In this document: one piece after another, positions 25,365 through 36,258 of the stretch
Position numbering within the stretch: the first letter of the stretch is position 1
Layout of the letters: each line of letters begins with the position of its first letter
Assembly (NCBI GenBank): GCA_017618715.1
Contig: JAFZTS010000002.1
Location: 71,062 to 135,061 of the forward strand
Length of the DNA stretch: 64,000 nt
Reading direction: 5' to 3'
From: Bacteroidales bacterium
Lineage (GTDB): Bacteria; Bacteroidota; Bacteroidia; Bacteroidales; UBA3663
The notes under the pieces: model-generated
Database searches by the model: none
Told to the model about the DNA's origin: nothing
What the model saw: the letters and a program-made list of their open reading frames with translations, nothing else
Program-made: the position numbers and the translations under genes

Positions 25365-26354
25365 TCAAAATGGGTCAGAGGTAACGACAAGTTTGTCGCC
25401 ACTCAAATCGACTTCGAAAAGATGAGGTACGCGGATGTAGCGACCATTGGCGTTATAATGACTATGGCAACTCAATAGAATGCGACCCTCGAAGTCGCGG
25501 AACAACATGCCATGTCCAAAATTGGGTGGCGTGATAGGCTTCTCCTCCTGCACCCAGGGACCTGCCAACGTGCCCGACTCGGAATAGGCAACGCCCTGCG
25601 TATAGACGTCATAGACCCACGACGTCCAGATCATACCCAGACGTCCTGTCCCGGTACGGAAGAGGTAAGGACCATCGGTCACCTTGTTGGGATGCTCACC
25701 ATCCATATCCTTCTCCTTGCTCCATGGAGAGTCCTTGGCACGGAAGAGAATGCGTGGCTCGCCCACTGTACCACTGAGGTCATCCTTCAGTCGAATAGCC
25801 TCCATCGTTCCATTCCAGTTTTGCAGCCATTCGCCACAATAGATCATGTAGGGATGGCCATCGGTATCGACCCAGAATGTTCCGTCGAGTGTAGGTTGAT
25901 CGGCACGCAAGTAGGCTGGATCGCCGAAAAGACGATAGGGGCCATCAGGATAATCGCTGATAAGGACTTGTGACGCACGGCGAGGAATCACATTACCGCG
26001 TACGGAGTCGATTCGCACAGCATTGTTGGTAAACGTGGCAAAATAATAGTACTTTCCCTGATAAGGATGAAGCTCGGCCGCCCAAATCATTGGATGCGGA
26101 CCCATCCATGATGTAGAGTCGATATCGACCACGTTGTATGGGCCTGTCCACATCTCGAGATCTCGGCTTTTCCAAAGCATTCCACCCGTTCCAGTCATAT
26201 AATAGATGTGGGAGGCGGCATCGGGCAAGATGCAAGGGTCGCTGAGGATGATGGAATCACGAGGCACGGTACGAACCTGCATAGGACGACGCATACGCTG
26301 TGCTGCAGCAGTAAGCGTCACAAACGAAAGGAATAAGATAATAAAGTGTTTCAT
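25365..26354 (-). CDS. Glycoside hydrolase family 43
   Basis: 329 aa with signal peptide. LSDPCILPD...YYMTGT N-terminal signature, five-bladed-propeller-like repeats, WAAELH. Confidence 0.8.
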   Translation of the reverse strand: MKHFIILFLSFVTLTAAAQRMRRPMQVRTVPRDSIILSDPCILPDAASHIYYMTGTGGMLWKSRDLEMWTGPYNVVDIDSTSWMGPHPMIWAAELHPYQGKYYYFATFTNNAVRIDSVRGNVIPRRASQVLISDYPDGPYRLFGDPAYLRADQPTLDGTFWVDTDGHPYMIYCGEWLQNWNGTMEAIRLKDDLSGTVGEPRILFRAKDSPWSKEKDMDGEHPNKVTDGPYLFRTGTGRLGMIWTSWVYDVYTQGVAYSESGTLAGPWVQEEKPITPPNFGHGMLFRDFEGRILLSCHSHYNANGRYIRVPHLFEVDLSGDKLVVTSDPF

Positions 26355-26372
26355 GAAGGTAAGTATTTATCA

Positions 26373-27272
26373 TTATTGATAAAGTGAAGCCATCTGGACA
26401 GTGATGTCATGCATCTTGTTACGTAACGACTGAGGGGCAAGGACCTCTATGCTGGCACCGAATTCCAAAAACCTGTTGATCAAGTCGGGAGTAACAACGA
26501 GGTCATATTCGAAGATACTGTAATCAGAGTGTGTCTCAACCTCATGTTGCGATGAATGAAGTGGAAGTGTCCTAAAATATCCGCGCCAGAACAAATCGAC
26601 CTTGAGGAGAATCGTTTCAACAATAGGACTGACACCTGTATATACACCAAAATAATGAGCGAAATGCTCCTTAGGCTTAAAAAAATCAGGAATCTGAAAA
26701 TCCACTTCCTCAAGGATACGTAGTTGCTGCATACGATCGAGTGCAAAGACCTGCAAGTGTGAACTGTGATCTTTTCTGGCCAACAGATACCAGCGTTGCT
26801 GGGATAGTTTCACACAGTAAGGTTCAATGAAACAGGTATAAGGCTCACTATCATAGAACTTCTTGTAATCGAGTTCCATAGCCTTTCCCTTTGACATCGC
26901 TTCGATGATGGTGGTCAAGAAGAATTGGCCGGAAGGAATCTCCTCGAACATAATCCTTTCACGAAGGTTACTCCTTTCGGACACCAACTGGTTGACTGAG
27001 TAGGAAGACAGCAGCCATTCTGTAGCTTTCAAGCTTTCATCGCCCGCTATGAAGTAACGATACTGATCCTTTAAATCACATTCTATCGAAACCCCAAGCA
27101 CATCGAGCGCTGAACTGATGGCTCGATTCAACTGGTTGCGGGTCAACTCCTCTCCTCCACTCAATCCCTCGTTGTGTATCCATAGCTTATTCAATTCCTC
27201 CCTGTTGAGCTTTTTATAGTTCAGCAGCGTATTTACAAGCCACATTCCATGACGAAAACGCAGATTTTCCAT
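26373..27272 (-). CDS. WYL-domain transcriptional regulator
   Basis: 299 aa. N-terminal HTH-like region. The central region YCVKLSQQRWYLLARKD contains the WYL motif. C-terminal WCX-like region. Confidence 0.75.
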   Translation of the reverse strand: MENLRFRHGMWLVNTLLNYKKLNREELNKLWIHNEGLSGGEELTRNQLNRAISSALDVLGVSIECDLKDQYRYFIAGDESLKATEWLLSSYSVNQLVSERSNLRERIMFEEIPSGQFFLTTIIEAMSKGKAMELDYKKFYDSEPYTCFIEPYCVKLSQQRWYLLARKDHSSHLQVFALDRMQQLRILEEVDFQIPDFFKPKEHFAHYFGVYTGVSPIVETILLKVDLFWRGYFRTLPLHSSQHEVETHSDYSIFEYDLVVTPDLINRFLEFGASIEVLAPQSLRNKMHDITVQMASLYQ

Positions 27273-27335
27273 ATAATAAACGAAGCATTAACATTTTTTA
27301 GCAGAGGTGTATCAATGCTGGTAACACCCTCCCCT

Positions 27336-27343
27336 TATCTTTG
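27336..27343 (+). promoter_or_regulatory. -7 box TATCTTTG
   Basis: Exact TAnnTTTG 42 nt upstream of the ATG at 27385. Confidence 0.45.
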
Positions 27344-27384
27344 CAGCGTCAAAACAAGAATATCAACCACAAAAAAATACAACA

Positions 27385-27621
27385 ATGAAAAAACTTGCAA
27401 TCGTTCTCGTCATCGCCGCCATGGTAGTTTTCGACCTCATCCTCTCAGGCATGAATGTCATCTTGGGACTTTTGCTCATCTTGGGAGCAGGCCTGTTCTC
27501 ATATCTCATGGATTTGTCAAGCCGTCAACCTCGACGCACCACAAGCATCACCCGAGCAGCTCGTCAAAGTCGCGAGCAACGGAAAGCCGTAGCGAAAGCT
27601 GAGCTTAGTGTGGCTGCCTGA
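27385..27621 (+). CDS. Small membrane protein (hypothetical)
   Basis: 78 aa with two hydrophobic helices and a basic tail. Supported by its own -7 box. Confidence 0.5.
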   Translation: MKKLAIVLVIAAMVVFDLILSGMNVILGLLLILGAGLFSYLMDLSSRQPRRTTSITRAARQSREQRKAVAKAELSVAA

Positions 27622-28434
27622 TCATTTGATCACTCGGATCTTCATGCGCACGTCGGTCTTTGGACGGTTTACAGCATTACTCTCGAGTGCAGCGATCTTC
27701 GAGATGACATCCAATCCCTCGACAACCTCGCCATAGCATGTATATTCACCATAGATGTGGTAGGCGCCACCTACCGTGCTGTAGGCTTCACGCTCTGCCT
27801 GGGTGAAGAAACGTGTACCTGGCATCGTACGGGCAATGCTGTCGATGTCGTGATTGATCCGACGTGCCAACTGGTTATATTCGGCTATGCTGGTGGTCTT
27901 GAGCATGGCAAGCGAATCCTTCACCGCCTGTGTCATCACCTTGCGTTGTGCCGCCTTGCGTGCCGTGGCATTGTGGGTCTTCTCCCAATTGTTCAGCGTG
28001 GCCTCACTCATTACGTAGCCATCGACGATGAAGAACATCGACATATCGGAGTTGACAACACCTTCACGATGCGGAGCACAAAGCGCGCCTTTCTTAGGAA
28101 TGTGGTTCTTGTGGATTTCGGCAGGTATCTCCTCGCTGAGGTCTCCCCAGCCGATACTTTGCCCTGGGAGCGCAGTCTTGGAGTCGGGTGCGCCTCCCTG
28201 AATCATAAACGTGGGCATCACACGACCGAAAAGTGAATCGTCGTAGTAGCCAGCACGCACCTTCTTCAAGAAGTTGTTCACCGTACGAGGACAGTCGTCA
28301 TAAAGCATCACACGCATATTACCCATATTGGTGGTAATTAGCACCTCATGCGTCTGAGCCAATGAAGTACTACCATTCACGATGGGCAAAAGAAGAACAG
28401 CAAGGAGCGAAAGAATAGTGGATAGTTTTTTCAT
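27622..28434 (-). CDS. Cyclophilin-type peptidyl-prolyl isomerase with internal helical insertion
   Basis: Start at MKKLSTILS (signal peptide). F.RVMPTFMIQGG and YGEVVEGLDVISKI cyclophilin motifs are separated by about 95 aa of insertion. Confidence 0.85.
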   Translation of the reverse strand: MKKLSTILSLLAVLLLPIVNGSTSLAQTHEVLITTNMGNMRVMLYDDCPRTVNNFLKKVRAGYYDDSLFGRVMPTFMIQGGAPDSKTALPGQSIGWGDLSEEIPAEIHKNHIPKKGALCAPHREGVVNSDMSMFFIVDGYVMSEATLNNWEKTHNATARKAAQRKVMTQAVKDSLAMLKTTSIAEYNQLARRINHDIDSIARTMPGTRFFTQAEREAYSTVGGAYHIYGEYTCYGEVVEGLDVISKIAALESNAVNRPKTDVRMKIRVIK

Positions 28435-28530
28435 GATTGAAACTGAAAGGTAGAAGCCCTTCCCTCCGTTAAGAGAGAAGGGCAAGTTTGTTGTTATAAA
28501 TGACCGGAATGGTCAAAGTTGGTGAAACAA

Positions 28531-30033
<1,503 letters not shown>

Positions 30034-30073
30034 CTACAATCAGTGAATTGTAACGTTTGAATTTTATTGCCCG

Positions 30074-30081
30074 CAAAGATA
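30074..30081 (-). promoter_or_regulatory. -7 box (TATCTTTG) for guaB
   Basis: caaagata on the + strand, 62 nt upstream of the guaB ATG. Confidence 0.5.
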
Positions 30082-30095
30082 ATTGTTTTTTTCGA

Positions 30096-30146
30096 AACAA
30101 ACAAAAAATTAGCGGAAAATTTTCGTTTTCGGACGAAATTTCCCGC
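30096..30146 (-). terminator. Rho-independent terminator of the acyltransferase gene
   Basis: gcggaaaattttcg / cgaaatttcccgc imperfect stem (30112-30146). On the minus strand it is followed by taattttttgtttgttt. Confidence 0.6.
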
Positions 30147-30179
30147 TTTACGCGAATGATTGAAATCTGGGATGCAAGG

Positions 30180-30959
30180 TTATGATGGATTACTCTTCGC
30201 AGCTCTCTTCACCTGGGGAAGGAACTCGGCTTCAAGCTTTGCATAGTTTTCAACAAACCACTTATGCCAGTAACGTGTCATTTCGCCATGCGTTTGACCC
30301 ATAATACCATCGTCAAACGACACACGCTGACCGATTTCGATACACTCAGGACCAGGATTCAAGCAAAAGTCCTTTTTGGGCACCAAATAACCAGTGCCGA
30401 AGATGGTGACTGGTAGGATGTCGCACTTGAGCTGTTCGGCCAAATGGAATGCACCGCGACGAAACTTATGGATCTGACAGTCCTCCGAACGGGTACCCTC
30501 TGGGAAAATGAGCACCGAATAACCGCGCTTCATACACTTGCTGATATGTGCCAGCATCTCATCCATCGGCATCGTAGCCGGGAAGAAATCGGCAAAACGA
30601 ACGACATGCCCGTAAATCTTGCTGTCCCACACCCATTGCCCCGTCATCACGATCAGTCGGTTGGTGAGCATCAACGTAGCAGGCAAGTCGAGCAGCGACT
30701 GATGATTGGCGATGATAAGGGCTGGCTTTTTGAACGTCTCCTCATACGGGTTACGCACGATTGGAGTGACTCCTGTCACACAATGATAGGAGAAAAAACG
30801 GCAGAACCTGCGGATGTGACGATGCAGACGGTATCGAACACGTTCGTTGTCACCAAACCACGCATAGATCCTTGCCATAGGGGCAATGATGAAGAAGATG
30901 TATCCGAGAAGGATGCCAAATTCAATGTAGGTAATTATCAGTCTGAACCACCGTGGCAT
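30180..30959 (-). CDS. Lysophospholipid (1-acyl-sn-glycerol-3-phosphate-type) acyltransferase family protein
   Basis: N-terminal TM segment, H(x4)D motif NHQSLLD, FPEGTRS motif. Confidence 0.8.
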   Translation of the reverse strand: MPRWFRLIITYIEFGILLGYIFFIIAPMARIYAWFGDNERVRYRLHRHIRRFCRFFSYHCVTGVTPIVRNPYEETFKKPALIIANHQSLLDLPATLMLTNRLIVMTGQWVWDSKIYGHVVRFADFFPATMPMDEMLAHISKCMKRGYSVLIFPEGTRSEDCQIHKFRRGAFHLAEQLKCDILPVTIFGTGYLVPKKDFCLNPGPECIEIGQRVSFDDGIMGQTHGEMTRYWHKWFVENYAKLEAEFLPQVKRAAKSNPS

Positions 30960-31054
30960 AGTCTGGTTGGGTTTAGAGGGGTTATTTCGCTTCGCTCCAC
31001 ACAGGCGGAACTCGGAAAAGATGTAACAGGGTAAGGTAAGTTCGAAGAACTTGT

Positions 31055-32146
31055 TTAAAACCTAACTCCGAAGAAGAATCGCGACGACCAGTCGAACGAA
31101 TAAATTGAGAATTTTTCCTTTTCTGGAAAAGAATCGATATTGGCAAATACCATTACTCCCGTCACATATCGGCTGAAGTTATAGACGAAACTGGAATGTA
31201 CCGTCCCGTTGACAGCCAGCTTCTGACTGATGGCTACGACATGCCTCTCGTCCTGATAGCTTTGGGCAGTGCTGTCCCATGTGCGCTCGTCAAAATACCT
31301 GCGATTCCTATGCCATACCGACAGCATCGGCATGGCCGAAAAATGAAGCAGGATGTGCGCATCATTGAAGATGAAGTTATAGGCATATCCTCCACCCAGG
31401 CTGACCTGTGTCTGGGAGAGCCTGTAGTTAGCGATGCCCTCATAACCCAAATCAAGCACTTCATCACCGACGTAGTATTGCTGTTGTTCACCTTCCAATG
31501 TGGTTGACGAATGCCGATAGTTCATGATGGCCAACCATGAGCCGCTGCTCCTCTTCTGGATGATGGTATGCGACATGGCCGCGGGCAGCGAGAAGCGCTT
31601 GCGTCCGAAGACGTAGTAGAAATTACCCAAAAGCAAGCGCCGATGGCAATTCTTCATCTCAATGTCGTATTCGTCCATGATGCCAGCGCCCTCCAGGTCG
31701 AGCACACCACTGAACGAATAGGAGTTATGGATACGTGTCTCCAGTCCGTAGCCCTGCCCATAGGAACAGAACGACCACTCCGTGTCGCCGTTTTTCGAGA
31801 AGTCCTTCGAATAGCTCAGCCCCCAACCGCGATATGATACGCCGACCGAAAGCAAGGAGGCAACGCGTGTGCTGAGGGTACCCGACACATCGACTGTGCC
31901 ATTTTGGGCAAAGTTCTGGCTATAATTCAGGTATTCTTTCGAACCTGTCAGATAGACGTTGCCATAACCTACAAAGCCCTCCTTGGGTAGATGCAGATAG
32001 GTCGTGTCGCATCCCTTGATGTCAGCACTATCCACCCAGTTCTTGAGTGCACGCCAAAAGTCCCCGGCCTGTAATTGACCGGCCATGCTACACGTTAAAG
32101 CAAGCAGCACAAGACGAAGGGGTGAGATAGATGTTGACATAATCAT
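31055..32146 (-). CDS. Putative outer-membrane beta-barrel protein (DUF4421-like, hypothetical)
   Basis: Signal peptide, alternating beta-strand-like pattern, C-terminal FFFGVRF (terminal aromatic residue). Its ATG overlaps the ftsK stop (TAATG). Confidence 0.45.
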   Translation of the reverse strand: MIMSTSISPLRLVLLALTCSMAGQLQAGDFWRALKNWVDSADIKGCDTTYLHLPKEGFVGYGNVYLTGSKEYLNYSQNFAQNGTVDVSGTLSTRVASLLSVGVSYRGWGLSYSKDFSKNGDTEWSFCSYGQGYGLETRIHNSYSFSGVLDLEGAGIMDEYDIEMKNCHRRLLLGNFYYVFGRKRFSLPAAMSHTIIQKRSSGSWLAIMNYRHSSTTLEGEQQQYYVGDEVLDLGYEGIANYRLSQTQVSLGGGYAYNFIFNDAHILLHFSAMPMLSVWHRNRRYFDERTWDSTAQSYQDERHVVAISQKLAVNGTVHSSFVYNFSRYVTGVMVFANIDSFPEKEKFSIYSFDWSSRFFFGVRF

Positions 32147-34737
32147 TACTTTGCATTAAGGTCATCAAGGATGTTGCGCAGCTCAGAATCGCTGTTAACC
32201 AACACTGCGCGCGCCCTCGAACCGCTGTATGGTCCTACGATGCCAGCGGCCTCAAGTTGGTCCATGATACGACCGGCTCTGTTGTAGCCGATTTGGAACT
32301 TGCGCTGAATCATCGAAGTGGAACCTTGACCGGTTGCTACGACGAGCTCGGCACACTCAGAGAACAACGGGTCGAGCTGATGCAAATCGACCACCTCTCC
32401 ATTTCCATCAGGAGCCTCGCCCTCCTGTATCCTGGGTTCGGGCAGGATGAGAGCCGTTGGATAGCCCTGTTGTGAGGCAATGAACCGACAGATGCGATCC
32501 ACCTCGGGAGTATCGACGTAAGCGCATTGCACACGTTCGGGAGCTCTGCCTGTCGAGAACAGGAGGTCGCCACGTCCAATCAGGTTCTGCGCACCCGCCT
32601 GGTCAAGAATAATACCCGAATCGATACCCGACGACACACGGAAGGCCATACGGGCAGGGAAGTTAGCCTTGATGATACCCGTGACAATCTTGGCCGATGG
32701 TCGCTGTGTGGCAATAATCATGTGGATACCCACGGCACGCGCCTTTTGGGCGATGCGGGCAATGGGAAGTTCCACTTCCTTGCCCGCTGTCAAGATGAGG
32801 TCACCATACTCGTCGATGATAGCGACGATATAGGGCAAATAGCGGTGGTTGGTGCCCTCGCGGCTGCCGATAGGGGCCGAGATGTGCTTGCGGGGATTCA
32901 GCTGACGATGGATGAACTTCTCGTTGTACTCCTTGATGTTGCGCACACCTGCATCCTCTACCAGCGCATAACGATCTTCCATCTCGGCGCAAAGAGACTT
33001 GAGGATGTCCACGGTCTTCGTCACATCGGTGATGATGGGATTGTCCATGTCGGGCAGCTTGGCCAGGTAGTGTTTCTCGATACGCTTGTAGATACTGAAC
33101 TCTACCATCTTCGGATCGACCAGCACGATCTTCAACTGCGAAGGATGCTTCTTATAGAGCAGCGAAGTGATGATCGCATTCAGACCCACCGACTTACCCT
33201 GACCCGTAGCACCAGCCACAAGGAGGTGGGGTGCCTTGGTGAGGTCGAAGGTGAACACCTCGTTCGTGATTGTCTTTCCAAGAGCTATAGGAAGGTCGTA
33301 CTTCGACTCCTGGAAGGCTCGCGAGGAGATACAATCGCGCATCGACACGGTTTGTGGATCGTTATTGGGCACCTCGATACCGATAGCCGATTTGCCGGGA
33401 ATCGGAGCGATGATACGGATACCCGACTTCGAGGCTATCGACATGGCGATTTCGTCACTAAGGTTTTTCACGCGGCTGATCTTAGTGCCGCTTTCGAGTA
33501 CAATCTCGAAGAGCGTGATTGTAGGACCGACGGTGGCCGAGATTGACTGTATCTCGATGCCGTAGTCTGACAACGTCTGCCGAATCTTCTCCTTGTTCGC
33601 CGTCTGCTCATCCATGTCGATGGGCGAATGGTTCGGATAGGTTTTCAGCAGGTCGAAGGTCGGGAACTTGTAATTGAGGTCAGCCGTGGGGTCATAGTCG
33701 GTCTGGGGGAGGTCATCGGTGGTTTCTGCGACGGGAACCTTCACTGTGTCAGTCTTGCCCGTCTTGACCACAAAAACCGGGTCATTCCCAGCTTTTTCGT
33801 CAGCCCTGTCCTTGGTGTCGTCGCCTTTCTTAGTTGATTTGATAAGCTCATCCTCTCGCTCTTCGTCAACAGGAATGACAACGACAGGCCCTTTCGCAAT
33901 GTCAGTGTCCTGACGCTCAGTCTCTGTTTCTGCTGGCTGAACGCTCGGTTCCATCTCCTGTGCGGCAAGACGCTCCGCTTCCAGCTGCGCCTGTCTTTCA
34001 GCCTCACGCGCAGCTTCTTCCTCTTTGCGCTTATCAACGCGGCTCTGCAGCCAGGGGATAAGGCCGAAGAGGGTGCGGGTCTTCTCGATGGTGCTATCGA
34101 ACATGAACGTGGCGATGATCAGTCCCGAAGCAATGAGGAACAGCACCAGACCGAGCACATGGAGGTTGGTCACAAGCAACTGTGTAAGCTCATAGCCATG
34201 CTTGCCCCCCATAAAGAGGAAGTTCGACTGCAGCTCCGTGCCGAACAGCGTGTCGAGGATATAGCTCACGGCACTGAGCAGAAGCGACAACCAGATCACC
34301 ATGAATGACGTGCGCACAAATGCCCCGAGAAGGCGAGGCATGGGTCCCGACGAAATCAATCCTCGTCCGAAGCGGAACAGCAGCCCGACGAAGAGCAGGA
34401 CAGGCAAGCCGAGCCAGCGGTTCACACACCATTCCGAAGTGAAGGCGCCGAACGTGCCCACCCAGTTGTGGACATCATTGTTCGGAAGGAATATCTCGTA
34501 CCAGCTCAGGTTTTCCAGTATCGCCTGGTCGTCTTTGCCGGTGACGATGAACGACAAGAATCCGATGCCCAGCAGCGCTGACAGCAACATGACTAGTAAT
34601 CCTGCGGCGAACTTGGTCTGTTCGCCGCGCAAGAAGGCCAAGAAGCGTGAAGGCTTCTTCGGGCCTTTTCCCTTTGCATTTTTCTCCTTTACAGCAGTAG
34701 AGTTCTTTTCTTTGCCCATTCTATTTAATATTTCCAA
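32146..34737 (-). CDS. ftsK: DNA translocase FtsK
   Basis: 863 aa. N-terminal TM helices, acidic/Pro linker, motor domain with Walker A AGATGQGKS, C-terminal gamma (winged-helix) domain. Confidence 0.95.
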   Translation of the reverse strand: MEILNRMGKEKNSTAVKEKNAKGKGPKKPSRFLAFLRGEQTKFAAGLLVMLLSALLGIGFLSFIVTGKDDQAILENLSWYEIFLPNNDVHNWVGTFGAFTSEWCVNRWLGLPVLLFVGLLFRFGRGLISSGPMPRLLGAFVRTSFMVIWLSLLLSAVSYILDTLFGTELQSNFLFMGGKHGYELTQLLVTNLHVLGLVLFLIASGLIIATFMFDSTIEKTRTLFGLIPWLQSRVDKRKEEEAAREAERQAQLEAERLAAQEMEPSVQPAETETERQDTDIAKGPVVVIPVDEEREDELIKSTKKGDDTKDRADEKAGNDPVFVVKTGKTDTVKVPVAETTDDLPQTDYDPTADLNYKFPTFDLLKTYPNHSPIDMDEQTANKEKIRQTLSDYGIEIQSISATVGPTITLFEIVLESGTKISRVKNLSDEIAMSIASKSGIRIIAPIPGKSAIGIEVPNNDPQTVSMRDCISSRAFQESKYDLPIALGKTITNEVFTFDLTKAPHLLVAGATGQGKSVGLNAIITSLLYKKHPSQLKIVLVDPKMVEFSIYKRIEKHYLAKLPDMDNPIITDVTKTVDILKSLCAEMEDRYALVEDAGVRNIKEYNEKFIHRQLNPRKHISAPIGSREGTNHRYLPYIVAIIDEYGDLILTAGKEVELPIARIAQKARAVGIHMIIATQRPSAKIVTGIIKANFPARMAFRVSSGIDSGIILDQAGAQNLIGRGDLLFSTGRAPERVQCAYVDTPEVDRICRFIASQQGYPTALILPEPRIQEGEAPDGNGEVVDLHQLDPLFSECAELVVATGQGSTSMIQRKFQIGYNRAGRIMDQLEAAGIVGPYSGSRARAVLVNSDSELRNILDDLNAK

Positions 34738-34742
34738 AACAT

Positions 34743-36254
34743 TTAATTTTTCCAGAACATTGGCGTAAATATCACAATGACAGTAAATATCTCAAGACGA
34801 CCCACCAGCATCATGAAACCGAGGTACCATTTGGCAGCAGCCGGCAACCATGCCCAGTTGAAGGCCGGTCCCGTGTCACCCAGAGCTGGTCCCGTATTAC
34901 CGAGTGCTGAAATGGCAGTGCCGATAGCCGTTTCGAAATTGAGGCCGAAACATTGCAGGATGAATATCGACATGACCAGCAGCATCAGGTAGATCGACAG
35001 CATAGCCAGTATCTTGAAGACTGCGTCGTTCGAAAGCGCCTGCCCATTGAGTCGCACGTTGCTGTAAGAACGAGGCAATAGGGCATGCAATATCTGGTTG
35101 CGTCCATTCTTGATCAATACCACAAAACGGACCACCTTCAGACCGCCCGCCGTACTTGACGAACATCCGCCCATCACCATCATCAGAAGCGTGGGGAGCC
35201 AGAAGATTGAGCCCCACAGGTTGTAGTCGAAGTACTCGGCTTGATAACCTGCACTCGAGATGATGGTCAGCGTATGGAATAGCGAACTGCGCAACGTGCA
35301 CTCCAGCGAGCCGTCGCCCAGCGTCGCCATGTCGTCGGCAGGTATCAGTCCATGCAGCCGTGTCAGATAGTTGAGCAACATGAACAGCCCGGTGAATCCC
35401 ACCACCGCACCTGCAAACCATCGCAGCTCCTCGTTCTTCCACATCATACCTACATGTCCCTTCGACAGCATGTAGAACAGATTGAAATTGACCGAAGTCA
35501 GGAAGAGGAATACGATGCATACATATTCGATATAGGCAGAATGGAAATGGCCGATGGAATCGGAATACGTCGAGAATCCACCCGATGCCATGGTCGAGAA
35601 CGAATGGCAGACGGCATCGAACCATTCCATATCCCCTATCCCATAGAGCACGGCACAGGCCACAGTCAGAACCATGTAGATTCCCCACAGGCGACGTGCA
35701 GTCTCGTCTATCTTTGGTCGAAGCTTATCCACCGACAGACCATTTGTCTCAGCGCCGAACACCTGCGTGGCTCCCGCACCAATGAGTGGAAGCAAGGCCA
35801 GACTGAAGACCACAATACCGAGGCCGCCCATCCACTGCATCAGATGACGCCAGAACATGATGCCATGCGGCTGTGCCTCCAAATCGGTGATGGTCGTACA
35901 ACCCGTCGTCGTGAATCCTGACATCGTTTCGAGAAATGCGCTCGAAATGTCGTCACATGCGCCCGACAATCGCATCGGTATCATGCTGAGAAGGCAGAAG
36001 ACGAACCACGCCAGCGAGACAACGAGGAACCCTTCGCGTGTCGTGATCTTCGTCGAATGTTCGCGACTGCCATACCAGGCTCCGAAACCCGCAACAGCGG
36101 TAATCACCGTGCCCAGCAGCAGTGGCCACCAGTCACTCTCGCCAGCCGTATAGTGATAGTAGAGGGCAACCACGGTGCTCAAGCCCATGAAGCCTGCCTC
36201 CATGAGCAACAACACACCGAAGATGTAGCGGATCAACCGCCAGTTGATTTTCAT
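34743..36254 (-). CDS. trkH: TrkH-family potassium uptake protein
   Basis: 503 aa, polytopic. Repeated pore-loop GGxG/TTTG-like motifs (SGFTTTG, ASGGFS, SSAGY, NTGP). Confidence 0.9.
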   Translation of the reverse strand: MKINWRLIRYIFGVLLLMEAGFMGLSTVVALYYHYTAGESDWWPLLLGTVITAVAGFGAWYGSREHSTKITTREGFLVVSLAWFVFCLLSMIPMRLSGACDDISSAFLETMSGFTTTGCTTITDLEAQPHGIMFWRHLMQWMGGLGIVVFSLALLPLIGAGATQVFGAETNGLSVDKLRPKIDETARRLWGIYMVLTVACAVLYGIGDMEWFDAVCHSFSTMASGGFSTYSDSIGHFHSAYIEYVCIVFLFLTSVNFNLFYMLSKGHVGMMWKNEELRWFAGAVVGFTGLFMLLNYLTRLHGLIPADDMATLGDGSLECTLRSSLFHTLTIISSAGYQAEYFDYNLWGSIFWLPTLLMMVMGGCSSSTAGGLKVVRFVVLIKNGRNQILHALLPRSYSNVRLNGQALSNDAVFKILAMLSIYLMLLVMSIFILQCFGLNFETAIGTAISALGNTGPALGDTGPAFNWAWLPAAAKWYLGFMMLVGRLEIFTVIVIFTPMFWKN

Positions 36255-36258
36255 TGTT

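Noticed and set aside
26373-27272. The WYL regulator as a flag for an adjacent defence system.
   Set aside because: The neighbours are GH43, a GH9-like protein, a small membrane protein and a cyclophilin. No nuclease, ATPase, methyltransferase or other defence-type gene lies within several kb.
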